Origin: Fibrobacter succinogenes subsp. succinogenes S85
GTDB lineage: Bacteria > Fibrobacterota > Fibrobacteria > Fibrobacterales > Fibrobacteraceae
Reading direction: 5' to 3'
DNA: 32,000 bases
Assembly (NCBI RefSeq): GCF_000146505.1
Contig: NC_017448.1
Location: 3,690,001 to 3,722,000, forward strand
Part shown: piece by piece, positions 1-9,102 of the stretch
How the letters are laid out: every line of letters begins with the position of its first letter
Numbering within the stretch: position 1 is the stretch's first letter
Program-made: the position numbers and the translations under genes
The notes under the pieces: model-generated
Databases searched by the model: none
What the model was told of the DNA's origin: nothing
The model's input: the letters and a program-made list of their open reading frames with translations, nothing else

Positions 1-1690
1 TACCTGCGATGAACACGAGGATAATATTGATATGTTCCCATGCAATCGGGAGGATCGTATCCCAGCGCCAGGCGGTACCCATCTGGTGGACCATGTTCTT
101 TGCCGTGTTCCAGGCGACTTCGTTTGCTTCTGCCGGGTCAAGGTTCGAACCTGCGCGGAAGAAGAGACGCGTGAACGTGATGAACACAAACGTGAGCGTC
201 ACATTCCATGCGGTCGTGAGCCACGGAAGCTCCTTCTTGCAGAACAAATGATAGATGATAGTGGAGTAGATGCCTACGAAAAGTACGCCGAACCACACGG
301 CGGTAATCGCGCATATAGGAATCGTGTAGTGCTTATAGAGAATCGCGCTCAGTGCAAAGAATCCAAGTGCAATCGAGGCGCGGACGGTTGCGCTGCGCTT
401 GACCCAGAGCTTGTTGAACACCTGGCCAAAGCCGTTCAAACCGCCCCAGATGATGAAGTTCCAGCTAGCGCCATGCCACCAACCGCCGACAATCTGCGTT
501 GCCATAGCGTTCATGTTCGTGGTAATCGTCTTGCGGGATTCCGGCTTGAAGTAGGCGAAAATCGCAATGTAGAGGAAGAACACGCCAAGAGCGATGCCGA
601 CCCACATGCTGCCAGAAAGGAGAATGGCCACAAGGCTCAAGAATCCCATCCAGAAGAACGTGCCGACGGTTGCGTTTCTGTTACCGCCAAGAGGAATGTA
701 CAAGTAATCGCGCCACCAGCTAGAAAGCGAAATGTGCCAACGGCGCCAGAATTCGGTCGGGCTCTTTGCCTTGTACGGGCTGTTGAAGTTCTGCGGCAGG
801 CGGAAGCCCATCAAAAGTGCAACGCCAATAGCGATGTCCGTGTAACCCGAGAAGTCGGCGTAAACCTGTAACGAATAAGCGAAAAGGGCAATCAAGTTTT
901 CGAGGCCGGTAAAGAGGAGCGGCGTATCGAAAACGCGGTCCACAAAGTTCGTGGCGAGGTAGTCACTCAAGATGATTTTCTTGGCGAGACCGTTCAAAAT
1001 CCAGAACACAGCCATGCCAAATGCGCGACGGGGGAGGAAATACGGCTTGTAAAGTTGCGGTACGAACTTGTCTGCACGCACAATCGGGCCTGCCACAAGC
1101 TGCGGGAAGAACGAAAGGTAAAAGCCGAAGTTCAGGATGTTGTCTACGGCCTTGATCTTACCGCGGTAAATGTCAATGCAGTAGCTCATCGCCTGGAACG
1201 TGAAGAACGAAATGCCGACCGGGAGGATAATCGTATCCACAAGCGAGTGCGTGTTGAACATTGCGTTGCTTGCGGCTGCAAAGAAGTTGTAAACGTGGAG
1301 CTCGATGCCGGTAAAGTCGTAAAGTGCGTCCAGGAAGAAGTAAGAGTATTTATAATAGCAGAGCACCAGCAAGTCGATAATCACGACTATAATCATCAAA
1401 AGTTTCTTTTTCCACTTTTCTTCTGCTTTCTCAATCCACTTGCCGATGAAGAAGTTTGCTATCACGCAGAAAATGAGGATGCACACGTAGCTGCCGCTCG
1501 TCTTGTAGTAGAAGAACAAGCTTGTCGCAAACAGGAATGCGTTGCGGAGCAAAAGCTTGCTGTGGACTAGCGAGAAGATGGCGAAGACGACCGCGAAGAA
1601 ACCCCAGAAATAGAACTGGGTGAAGAGTAACGGAGAGTTCGGGTCAAACGCGAATGTGCGGGTCAGGTAGGGGATGATATAGTCAAGCAT
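1..1690 (-). CDS. MBOAT-family membrane O-acyltransferase (AlgI/DltB/PatA-like); N-terminus complete, C-terminus lies beyond window start
   Basis: Not in the ORF track because it runs off the edge. Reverse-complement translation from ATG 1690-1688 reads MLDYIIPYLTRTFAFDPNSPLLFTQFYFWGFF... It contains FPQLVAGPIVRADKF and SPTEFWRRWHISLSSWWRDYLYIPLGGNR, the hallmark MBOAT His motif. It is hydrophobic throughout. The plus-strand ORFs 32..871 and 1055..1570 are its codon-register shadows. Confidence 0.9.
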   Translation of the reverse strand, partial: MLDYIIPYLTRTFAFDPNSPLLFTQFYFWGFFAVVFAIFSLVHSKLLLRNAFLFATSLFFYYKTSGSYVCILIFCVIANFFIGKWIEKAEEKWKKKLLMIIVVIIDLLVLCYYKYSYFFLDALYDFTGIELHVYNFFAAASNAMFNTHSLVDTIILPVGISFFTFQAMSYCIDIYRGKIKAVDNILNFGFYLSFFPQLVAGPIVRADKFVPQLYKPYFLPRRAFGMAVFWILNGLAKKIILSDYLATNFVDRVFDTPLLFTGLENLIALFAYSLQVYADFSGYTDIAIGVALLMGFRLPQNFNSPYKAKSPTEFWRRWHISLSSWWRDYLYIPLGGNRNATVGTFFWMGFLSLVAILLSGSMWVGIALGVFFLYIAIFAYFKPESRKTITTNMNAMATQIVGGWWHGASWNFIIWGGLNGFGQVFNKLWVKRSATVRASIALGFFALSAILYKHYTIPICAITAVWFGVLFVGIYSTIIYHLFCKKELPWLTTAWNVTLTFVFITFTRLFFRAGSNLDPAEANEVAWNTAKNMVHQMGTAWRWDTILPIAWEHINIILVFIAG

Positions 1691-1716
1691 GATTTTTGGG
1701 CTTGTAAATTAGAAAA

Positions 1717-3723
1717 TTATTTGGAGTCCGTCGTGCTAGGTGCTGGTGCTTTCGGCGTTTCCGCTGCTTGAGTGATTGGCTTTAGCGGAACTTGAATCTT
1801 GGGCTGCGCAGGTTGAGCGGTTTGCTTCACGACTTCAGGCATTGGAACGTCTTTATGGGCTGCGGCGGCAAGCTTTGGCATTTGCGGAGGAGCAACCGTT
1901 TTTTCGGCAGGCTGCTTGGCTGGAGTTTCCGCCTTGGCCGTTGTTTCCGTTTTTGTCGAAGTAGACGTCTTTGCTGGTGTGGCCGTTGGTGCGGGGGCGG
2001 CAACCTTAGACTGGATCGTTGCGGCTGCCTTTGCATTTGCTGGGGCGTTTGCTGCCGGAGCCGTGCTAGATGCTGCAGGGATTGTCTTTGGTGCCGGTGC
2101 GGGAGCAGGGGCTGCTGCGGTCTTGGCCTGGGCGGGTTTTGCCTGTGCAACGACCGGAGCTTCGGCGGGGAGGTTTGCGATGTGGTCAAAGTAGGCCTGC
2201 ATCAAAGCCTTGTAGAACATGTCGCCGAGCAGCTGGTAGCCGGCGGTCTTGAAGTGGACCTTGTCTTTCTTGGCGAGGTCAGCCTTTTCCCACTTGGCCA
2301 TGGAACCTAGGCCTCCCATGATGGAAAACTTGTCCCAGACACCTGCCTTGTGCTTGTCGGCAAGCATAAAGAATGCCTTGCGTGCGACTTCACCGTTCGG
2401 GTGCTGCACGTATTTTTTCTTGCGGACCTTGCGGTAAGAGTCGTTGTTCGTCTCGAAAATGAACGCCGTCTTGGGGCTCACCTTGCGGATGCGCTTGATG
2501 AGCATGTCGTAATCTTCGCGGAATGCCTTGTCGTTAAAGACATCCACATTGGCGTCGTTAATGCCGATGGCGAAAATCACGAGGTCCGGCTTGTAGTAGG
2601 ACATTTCTTTTTCAAAGAGCGGGCATGTTTCCTCAAAGTAGTTTGAAACCTTGGCTCCGTTGATGCCGACGTTCGTGTACGTGATGCCGGGTGCGTTGTT
2701 CTCTGCCAAAATGCCCGTGAGCGTAAAGTGTGGGCGAGGCGGAACCGTATCAGCGGCAACGGAATCCTGTGCTGCTTGCAAGTCTTCGTCGCGGTTCAGG
2801 CAGTTCGTGTCAAGAACGTCTTCGCAGTCGCCCTGGAACATCGAGTCTGCGGCGACTGCCTGTGCCATTTGCTGTGCGGAACTTGCCGGAGGCGTAATGC
2901 CGAGCGAATCCATGCGCAAGGAGTCGGCGACGCGGGCGAGCGAGTCTGCGCGGGCCACAGAATCCTTGTAGAGCGAGTCTGTGATGAAGGCGGCAACTTC
3001 GGCTTGCTTGGTCGTATCTGCCCAGCGGAATGCTATCTGGATCGTGTCGATCGGACGCGGGCTCGTGAAAACGTAGCTCTGGCTAGAGGCATCGAACGTT
3101 CCAAAGACGTCCATGGAATCGATGCGGAGCACCGGTTCAACGTCGTTGCTGTCGCTATAGCCGAAAACTCTAAAGCTCGTTTCGCCCCAAATCGGTTCGG
3201 TATTGTACTTGTCCAAAAGGAGCGTGATCTCGGCACGCGGGTCGCGAGTGCTGATGGCAATGCCAAGGAGACCAAGCGGTTTAGTGATTTCGTGCTGGAC
3301 GTTCTTGTTCTTGTCCCAGATGCCTTTATAATAGCTAGCGTAACTTGCGGGGGTGTTTGTCCTAGCTGCTGAATACGGGAATACGAAACCGCGACCTGCC
3401 GAAGCGCCCGGATATTCCTTTACCAGGTGTTCGCGGATGCGGCCCGAGATGACGTCTGCCTGCAAGTGCGAACCGCCAATGTGGAGGATGCGCACCTTGC
3501 CCCTGTTCTCGAAAACGAGCGTGTCGAGCTTCTTGAAGAATGGCTCGAAACTAGCGCTACCTTGCGGGAACTGGATGGTATTCAAGGACGTATCGATAAA
3601 ATCGTATTTCGTAAAGTCAACGTCATAATAGCCTGGGGTGATTTCCATGTCCTTTGCAGAAACCATGGAACCCATGCTAACGATGCCAAGAATGGCAGCA
3701 ATGACGGCAAGCTTTTTCTTCAC
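1717..3723 (-). CDS. secreted SGNH/GDSL-like hydrolase/acyltransferase paralog with Asp/Ser-rich insert and long Ala/Pro/Thr/Lys-rich C-terminal tail
   Basis: 668-aa ORF with a GTG start, and GGAGGGGG a few nt upstream. Signal-like N-terminus MKKKLAVIAAILGIVSMGSMVSA. SGNH-type blocks are ILHIGGSHLQAD (block I Ser), FAIGINDAN (block III) and DKVHFKTAGY (block V DxxH). It is colinear with the 538-aa ORF upstream. The last ~150 aa are low-complexity A/P/T/K. Confidence 0.7.
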   Translation of the reverse strand: MKKKLAVIAAILGIVSMGSMVSAKDMEITPGYYDVDFTKYDFIDTSLNTIQFPQGSASFEPFFKKLDTLVFENRGKVRILHIGGSHLQADVISGRIREHLVKEYPGASAGRGFVFPYSAARTNTPASYASYYKGIWDKNKNVQHEITKPLGLLGIAISTRDPRAEITLLLDKYNTEPIWGETSFRVFGYSDSNDVEPVLRIDSMDVFGTFDASSQSYVFTSPRPIDTIQIAFRWADTTKQAEVAAFITDSLYKDSVARADSLARVADSLRMDSLGITPPASSAQQMAQAVAADSMFQGDCEDVLDTNCLNRDEDLQAAQDSVAADTVPPRPHFTLTGILAENNAPGITYTNVGINGAKVSNYFEETCPLFEKEMSYYKPDLVIFAIGINDANVDVFNDKAFREDYDMLIKRIRKVSPKTAFIFETNNDSYRKVRKKKYVQHPNGEVARKAFFMLADKHKAGVWDKFSIMGGLGSMAKWEKADLAKKDKVHFKTAGYQLLGDMFYKALMQAYFDHIANLPAEAPVVAQAKPAQAKTAAAPAPAPAPKTIPAASSTAPAANAPANAKAAATIQSKVAAPAPTATPAKTSTSTKTETTAKAETPAKQPAEKTVAPPQMPKLAAAAHKDVPMPEVVKQTAQPAQPKIQVPLKPITQAAETPKAPAPSTTDSK

Positions 3724-3742
3724 TTAACACCCCCTCCGGTAT

Positions 3743-5359
3743 TTAAGGATTTAGCTTTTCTTTGTTCAAGTCGATTACTTTGGTCGTGTCGGCGTTGGCC
3801 TGCTTTTGGTCCGAGAACTTGCGGATATCCTTAAGCTTCGAATCGTTCAGGTGGTGCCTTTCGCGGAACTGGAAGTAATCGTAGTACATGTGGAGTGAAG
3901 AGCAGAAGAGGTCGCCCATGTAAGAGGCGCCTTTGCGCGTAAAGTGTACGTGGTCCGTAAAGCCGAGCGGCGGGGATTTTTTGACCCACTTGATCATGGA
4001 TCCTTCGCCACCCATCACGCGGTGCATATCCCAGTAGGCAAGGCCGTTTTCAAGAGCCACTTCACGCAACATCTTGATGGTAATGCCAAGACCCGGATAA
4101 GTTTGCCATCTTCCGTTAATTTGTTTTGCCATGTCGGCCGGACCGATGAACAAAATGTCTGCATCCGGATTCGCTTTCTTGACGGATTGAATTTGTCTGG
4201 TAATGAGTTTCTTGCTCCAGTCAAGAGTCTTCGGCGTCATGCTCGGGACCATGTTTCCGCCGTATTCCATGATGATGAGCTTTGCGTTCATGGCCTTGTA
4301 AGATTCGGCGAGGAGCTGGCTATCGATCTTGTGGAATACAGTACCCGAGCTACCGCGCATGGCTACGTTGTCCACAGCGACACCGTAAGAACCGTCCACA
4401 GAAATAGCATAGATTTCCGTGCGACCGCTCAGGTAGAGCTTGATGTTCGATGTCGTATCCGGGAGCTTCCACGTATAAACGGTAAGCTTCGTGAACTTTT
4501 CAACAGCCGGAGCGGCTGCGGTTTCTTTCTTGCTCTTGATTTTGAGCTTCGGGGAACCGTCAGCGTTTGTTCCAACCTGTTCCGTCACGTCATGTTCGTA
4601 GGTGAGGCGGAGCTTGAGGCTGCCCTTGTTGCTGGCGAGAACCTTGATGGTAGAGTAGCTACCGACGTGCGGGAACATGTCCTTGCGGCCTTCGCGCTTC
4701 TTGACGCCGATAACGGCAGAACCGTTGAGTTCACCCACCTGGGCCAAAGGTCCATAGCGGTTGTGCGTGGCGTGTTCTTCCTTGGGTCCAAAGATGATGT
4801 AGCGCTGCAAGTCGCCGTTGTTCCACTGCGAGGTTGACTGCGACGGGATGTGCATCACGGCGGGGAGCATGCCCGGGCCGTTACCGCCAAATTCAGTCTG
4901 CAAGTCTTCGCGGATTGTAGACGAAATACGGTCTTCTTCGAGCTGCGAGTCACCGTAATGGATCACGTGGACAACACTAGAATCCTTCTGTGCGTTCTGG
5001 AGATTCGTGAAGAAACGGTCAAACCACGTGAGGTCGTTGTTCGGCAAGTCAAAACGCGTACGGCCTTCCCTAAAGAAGTCCTCGTAGTACTTGAGCGAGT
5101 CCGAATACGCCGCAAATTGCTTTGCCTTGGTTTCTTCCATCATCTGGCGGATGGCGTCTTCCGGGTCGACCTGTTCAACTTTCACCTTGTTTCCGGCGGA
5201 GTCCGTCGTTGTTTCGGCCTTCTCGAAAACCTGGGAAAGTTTCGGGTAGCGCAGCGTCGTATCGCCAATATGGATTCCGTCTTCAGGGTAGGCAAGCGCC
5301 ATCACCCCGAGGACGAGGAACAGAGAAATGATGCTGAGTAATACTTTTACTGGAGTCAT
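3743..5359 (-). CDS. secreted/anchored SGNH/GDSL-like hydrolase/acyltransferase paralog
   Basis: 538-aa ORF with hydrophobic N-terminus MTPVKVLLSIISLFLVLGVMALA. Blocks are HVIHYGDSQLEEDRIS (GDS block I), IIMEYGGNMV (block II Gly) and DHVHFTRKGASY (block V DxxH). Its start lies 2 nt after the hisS stop. Confidence 0.7.
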   Translation of the reverse strand: MTPVKVLLSIISLFLVLGVMALAYPEDGIHIGDTTLRYPKLSQVFEKAETTTDSAGNKVKVEQVDPEDAIRQMMEETKAKQFAAYSDSLKYYEDFFREGRTRFDLPNNDLTWFDRFFTNLQNAQKDSSVVHVIHYGDSQLEEDRISSTIREDLQTEFGGNGPGMLPAVMHIPSQSTSQWNNGDLQRYIIFGPKEEHATHNRYGPLAQVGELNGSAVIGVKKREGRKDMFPHVGSYSTIKVLASNKGSLKLRLTYEHDVTEQVGTNADGSPKLKIKSKKETAAAPAVEKFTKLTVYTWKLPDTTSNIKLYLSGRTEIYAISVDGSYGVAVDNVAMRGSSGTVFHKIDSQLLAESYKAMNAKLIIMEYGGNMVPSMTPKTLDWSKKLITRQIQSVKKANPDADILFIGPADMAKQINGRWQTYPGLGITIKMLREVALENGLAYWDMHRVMGGEGSMIKWVKKSPPLGFTDHVHFTRKGASYMGDLFCSSLHMYYDYFQFRERHHLNDSKLKDIRKFSDQKQANADTTKVIDLNKEKLNP

Positions 5360-5361
5360 AG

Positions 5362-6645
5362 TTAAGCTTTCAGCTGTTCAACAATCGCGGCGACATCGCC
5401 CACGTGCATGGTGCCGTCACGGAGGTCCTTGTATTCGAACTGACCGGCAGCCGCCTTGTCACCATCGACATAAACGACGATGCTTGCGCCCTGGTAGTTG
5501 GCCTGTTCCAGCTGCTTGCCCATCTTCATGGTGGCGAGCGGGTGAGAAACAGAGTTGCCGTTTGCGCGGAACACCTGGGCCGTTTCGAAAATCTTCTTCA
5601 TGTCGTTCGTGAAGCTTGCGATGTAGAAGTCCACATGCTGCTTCGGGCTCGGCAGAAGTCCACGTTCGCGGAGGAGGTCGGCGAGCACGACGTCGCCCAT
5701 GCCAAAGCCAACGCCCGGGATGCGGTCGCCACCGAGCTTTTCGGTGAGGCTGTCATAACGTCCACCGCCTGCGATAGCGCGCATGGATTTACCCTTGTCA
5801 AAGACTTCGAACACGATGCCGGTGTAGTAGGCGAGGCCACGCACAATGGAAAGGTCGAGGTTCACGCATTCGCTAAAGCCTGCGGCAGCAAGCGTAGCAA
5901 AGAGGTCTTCAATTTCCTTAAGGGCGGCGGTTGCGTTTTCGCTCTTCACGGCGGCGCGCACTTCTTCGATAGACTTGCAGCTCATGAAATCGTCGAGCTG
6001 CTTGATCTGTGCTTCGGAAAGTCCAGCTTCGGTAAGTGCCTTGGCAAATGCTTCCGGGCCGATTTTCAGGCGACGGTCAAGAACCGGGTAAACGAGAGCC
6101 GGGTTCGGGGCGCCAATTTCTTCGAGGTAGGTGGCGAGGAGCTTGCGGCTCGAAACGCCAATGGCAAAGTCGGAGTCCTTGAGGCCGAATTTGCGGAGCA
6201 TTGTGGCGATGGAGGCGAGCAAGTCTGCTTCGGCGTAGATGCTTTCAGTGCCGATGATGTCCATGTTCAGCTGGAAAAATTCGCGGAGACGACCCTTCTG
6301 AGCCTTTTCGTAACGGAACAGGCGCGGCATGGAGAACCACTTGAACGGCTTCTTGAGTTCGCGGGCCTTCTGGATCACGAGGCGGGCGAGTGTCGGCGTC
6401 ATTTCGGGGCGGAGTGCAATTTCGCGGTCGCCCTTGTCCTTGAAGTTATAAAGCTGGCTTACGATTTCTTCGCCGGATTTTCCGGTGTAAAGTTCCAGAT
6501 GTTCAAACATCGGGCCTTCGTATTCTTCGTAGGCGAAGCTTTCGGCGACTTTGCGCCATGTGTCAAAAATATAGTTCTGGATGCGCTCGGCTTCCGGGTA
6601 AAAATCACGTGTGCCTTTAGGCAGTTGAGGAATTGCAATACTCAT
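5362..6645 (-). CDS. hisS: histidine--tRNA ligase (class II)
   Basis: 427 aa. N-terminus reads PKGTRDFYPEA, followed by ALRPEMTPTLARLV and FRYEKAQKGRLREFFQLNMDIIG (class II motif 2 region), then GGGRYD. These are typical HisRS signatures. Confidence 0.95.
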   Translation of the reverse strand: MSIAIPQLPKGTRDFYPEAERIQNYIFDTWRKVAESFAYEEYEGPMFEHLELYTGKSGEEIVSQLYNFKDKGDREIALRPEMTPTLARLVIQKARELKKPFKWFSMPRLFRYEKAQKGRLREFFQLNMDIIGTESIYAEADLLASIATMLRKFGLKDSDFAIGVSSRKLLATYLEEIGAPNPALVYPVLDRRLKIGPEAFAKALTEAGLSEAQIKQLDDFMSCKSIEEVRAAVKSENATAALKEIEDLFATLAAAGFSECVNLDLSIVRGLAYYTGIVFEVFDKGKSMRAIAGGGRYDSLTEKLGGDRIPGVGFGMGDVVLADLLRERGLLPSPKQHVDFYIASFTNDMKKIFETAQVFRANGNSVSHPLATMKMGKQLEQANYQGASIVVYVDGDKAAAGQFEYKDLRDGTMHVGDVAAIVEQLKA

Positions 6646-6666
6646 AGTGCGAGCAAAGATAGAAAA

Positions 6667-6694
6667 GTTACTAGTTAGTAGTTACTAGTTACTA
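6667..6694. repeat. four tandem heptamers GTTACTA GTTAGTA GTTACTA GTTACTA in the hisS/mdh divergent intergenic region
   Basis: Read directly from the sequence. On the minus strand it is (TAGTAAC)-type x4, ending about 21 nt upstream of the hisS ATG. Confidence 0.85.
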
Positions 6695-6748
6695 TAAAAA
6701 TGACGGGTTACGATGTGGTTGTCTCCATCTCGTATGACAAAGAAATAA

Positions 6749-7771
<1,023 letters not shown>

Positions 7772-7830
7772 TAAGACCGTTCGCGTCTAGACTCAATAGA
7801 AATATGTGAGCGACGCTCACTCTCGCAATC

Positions 7831-7857
7831 GCGCTCGGTTAATACCGAGCGCTTTTT
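7831..7857 (+). terminator. rho-independent terminator after mdh
   Basis: Stem GCGCTCGG (7831-38), loop TTAATA, stem CCGAGCGC (7845-52), followed by TTTTT. Confidence 0.75.
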
Positions 7858-7899
7858 GCTCACGGGAGAACAGTGCGTGGATGCTCATTAACGAAAACA

Positions 7900-7922
7900 G
7901 CCCACGGGTGAAACCCGTGGGC
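7900..7922. terminator. bidirectional hairpin terminator between mdh and the convergent paralog gene
   Basis: 9-bp stem GCCCACGGG / CCCGTGGGC with loop TGAAA. It is followed by GTTTTCTTTT on the plus strand and by TGTTTTCG on the minus strand. Confidence 0.6.
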
Positions 7923-7971
7923 GTTTTCTTTTACCCCAGACGCTATTATGGGGCTGCTATCATGTATTGTT

Positions 7972-8913
7972 TTACTTCAATATAATCTTCTTTGCGAAAT
8001 TGACGTTTTTCCCGTTGACGTGAATCATGTAGACTCCTGCATCGAGTGAAGCGAGGTTGAGCGAAGCTGTTGTGATATCGATTGTCCCCCTGACGACCGT
8101 TTGGCCTTGGGTGTTGACGATATCGACTGTCGCTGCGGATTTGATTCCTGTAAAGCTGAGAGTGCGGCCGGCAAGAATTGCCTTGGCTAAAGACTCTCCG
8201 CGAATAGCCTTGATGGCATTGCTTCCTTCAGGATTGCAGTCTGTATATGGCCCGATTTTTTTGATGTTGAACTTGTAGTCACCATTAGTTGCTTGAAGCT
8301 TGAATTTTACTGCAACCAGTTGCTTCGCGGCTTCTGTACCGGAAATTTTTGTAGCGCCGGTATACCAACTGGGCTGTGCAAATTTAGCCCAGGGAACGGC
8401 CTTGGTTACAGGGGTTGTGCTAGCTTTAGCTAGCTTGAATACCGGGTTTGCGTATTCAATGGTGGCATCGTAAGCTCCGAGACCAAGCTCGAGATCGGCT
8501 GCAATGTCTGATGTGTATGTGATGCAGAGCCCGCCCCAAGCCGTCGCGTCTCCAGCTTCGGGGTCTCCGTCAAGACCTTCTCCGACAATGTTAAAACCGA
8601 TGCCTACAAAGGGGTTGTATTTTAATGTACCCTTAGATAGCGTGGCGGTACCACAGACGCCTTTGCAAGTATCGATAACTGCGTCTAGCGACACCCCGGT
8701 TTCGGTTTGTATATCTGCAGGCCATTCAACTTTTGATTGTCCTCCGTCTCCATCATCGGCATAACTGAACCAATAACCTGAAGTTTCGGAACCGTTGTCA
8801 AGTCCGGTATTGACCTGTGATATTCCATCTTCGCCGTTCCATGTTTGAAATGTTCCGGCGTATGCTGCGGATACAGCAAAAATGGCTGTTGCCAGCGTGA
8901 TTGCGTGTTTCAT
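7972..8913 (-). CDS. secreted protein: signal peptide + uncharacterised ~230-aa Cys-containing module + T9SS-type C-terminal sorting domain (paralog 1, most divergent)
   Basis: Signal peptide MKHAITLATAIFAVSAAYA. Module motifs are TWNG, GYWFSYADDGDGG, CKGVCGTATL, GIGFNIVGE, GDATAWGGLCITYTSD, LELGLG, FAQPSWY and AAKQLVAVKFKLQA. The C-terminus LDAGVYMIHVNGKNVNFAKKIILK fits the Por/T9SS CTD pattern. RBS GGGAGGA precedes the ATG. Confidence 0.8.
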   Translation of the reverse strand: MKHAITLATAIFAVSAAYAGTFQTWNGEDGISQVNTGLDNGSETSGYWFSYADDGDGGQSKVEWPADIQTETGVSLDAVIDTCKGVCGTATLSKGTLKYNPFVGIGFNIVGEGLDGDPEAGDATAWGGLCITYTSDIAADLELGLGAYDATIEYANPVFKLAKASTTPVTKAVPWAKFAQPSWYTGATKISGTEAAKQLVAVKFKLQATNGDYKFNIKKIGPYTDCNPEGSNAIKAIRGESLAKAILAGRTLSFTGIKSAATVDIVNTQGQTVVRGTIDITTASLNLASLDAGVYMIHVNGKNVNFAKKIILK

Positions 8914-9032
8914 GATGTTTCCTCCCTAGTCCAAAAGTGGAACTATAAATAAGATATACTCGTTTTGTATAAATGTTCTGAGGAAATATCAGATAAAATG
9001 AAAAAATATGAATTTATTACGAATTGTATTCT

Positions 9033-9048
9033 TATGATACGTATCATA
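9033..9048. promoter_or_regulatory. perfect 16-bp palindrome TATGATACGTATCATA, candidate operator upstream of paralog 1
   Basis: The self-complementarity was read directly. Related half-sites TATGATACGTTA (9067-9078) and AATGATACGC (13093-13102) lie in the AT-rich promoter regions of this locus. Confidence 0.4.
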
Positions 9049-9102
9049 TGTATAACAAAGTCTGTTTATGATACGTTATGTGCTATATAGAAAATTGTTG
9101 AA

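Noticed and set aside
32-1570. Plus-strand ORFs 32..871 and 1055..1570.
   Set aside because: They are codon-register shadows of the MBOAT gene on the minus strand. That gene has the diagnostic WHISLSSWWRDYLYIPLGG motif and is missing from the track only because it runs off the window.
1776-2437. Cluster of overlapping ORFs on both strands (1776..1964, 1792..2310, 1827..2189, 1916..2194, 2070..2252, 2249..2437).
   Set aside because: They are artefacts of the GC-rich Ala/Pro-rich low-complexity tail of the 668-aa SGNH gene, where all frames stay open.
5404-6678. 424-aa plus-strand ORF covering all of hisS. It is tempting as an overlapping gene or as a Rodin-Ohno style antisense aaRS.
   Set aside because: It is in exact codon register with hisS on the other strand. 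Antisense stops would require sense TTA/CTA/TCA codons, which this genome evidently avoids. Its translation has no recognisable motifs, whereas the minus strand encodes a textbook HisRS.
8998-9090. 30-codon ORF (MKKYEFITNCILMIRIICITKSVYDTLCAI) spanning the palindromes upstream of paralog 1.
   Set aside because: It is short and lies in very AT-rich intergenic DNA, where open frames arise by chance. The nearest GAGGA is 13 nt from the ATG. The palindromes are better explained as regulatory DNA.
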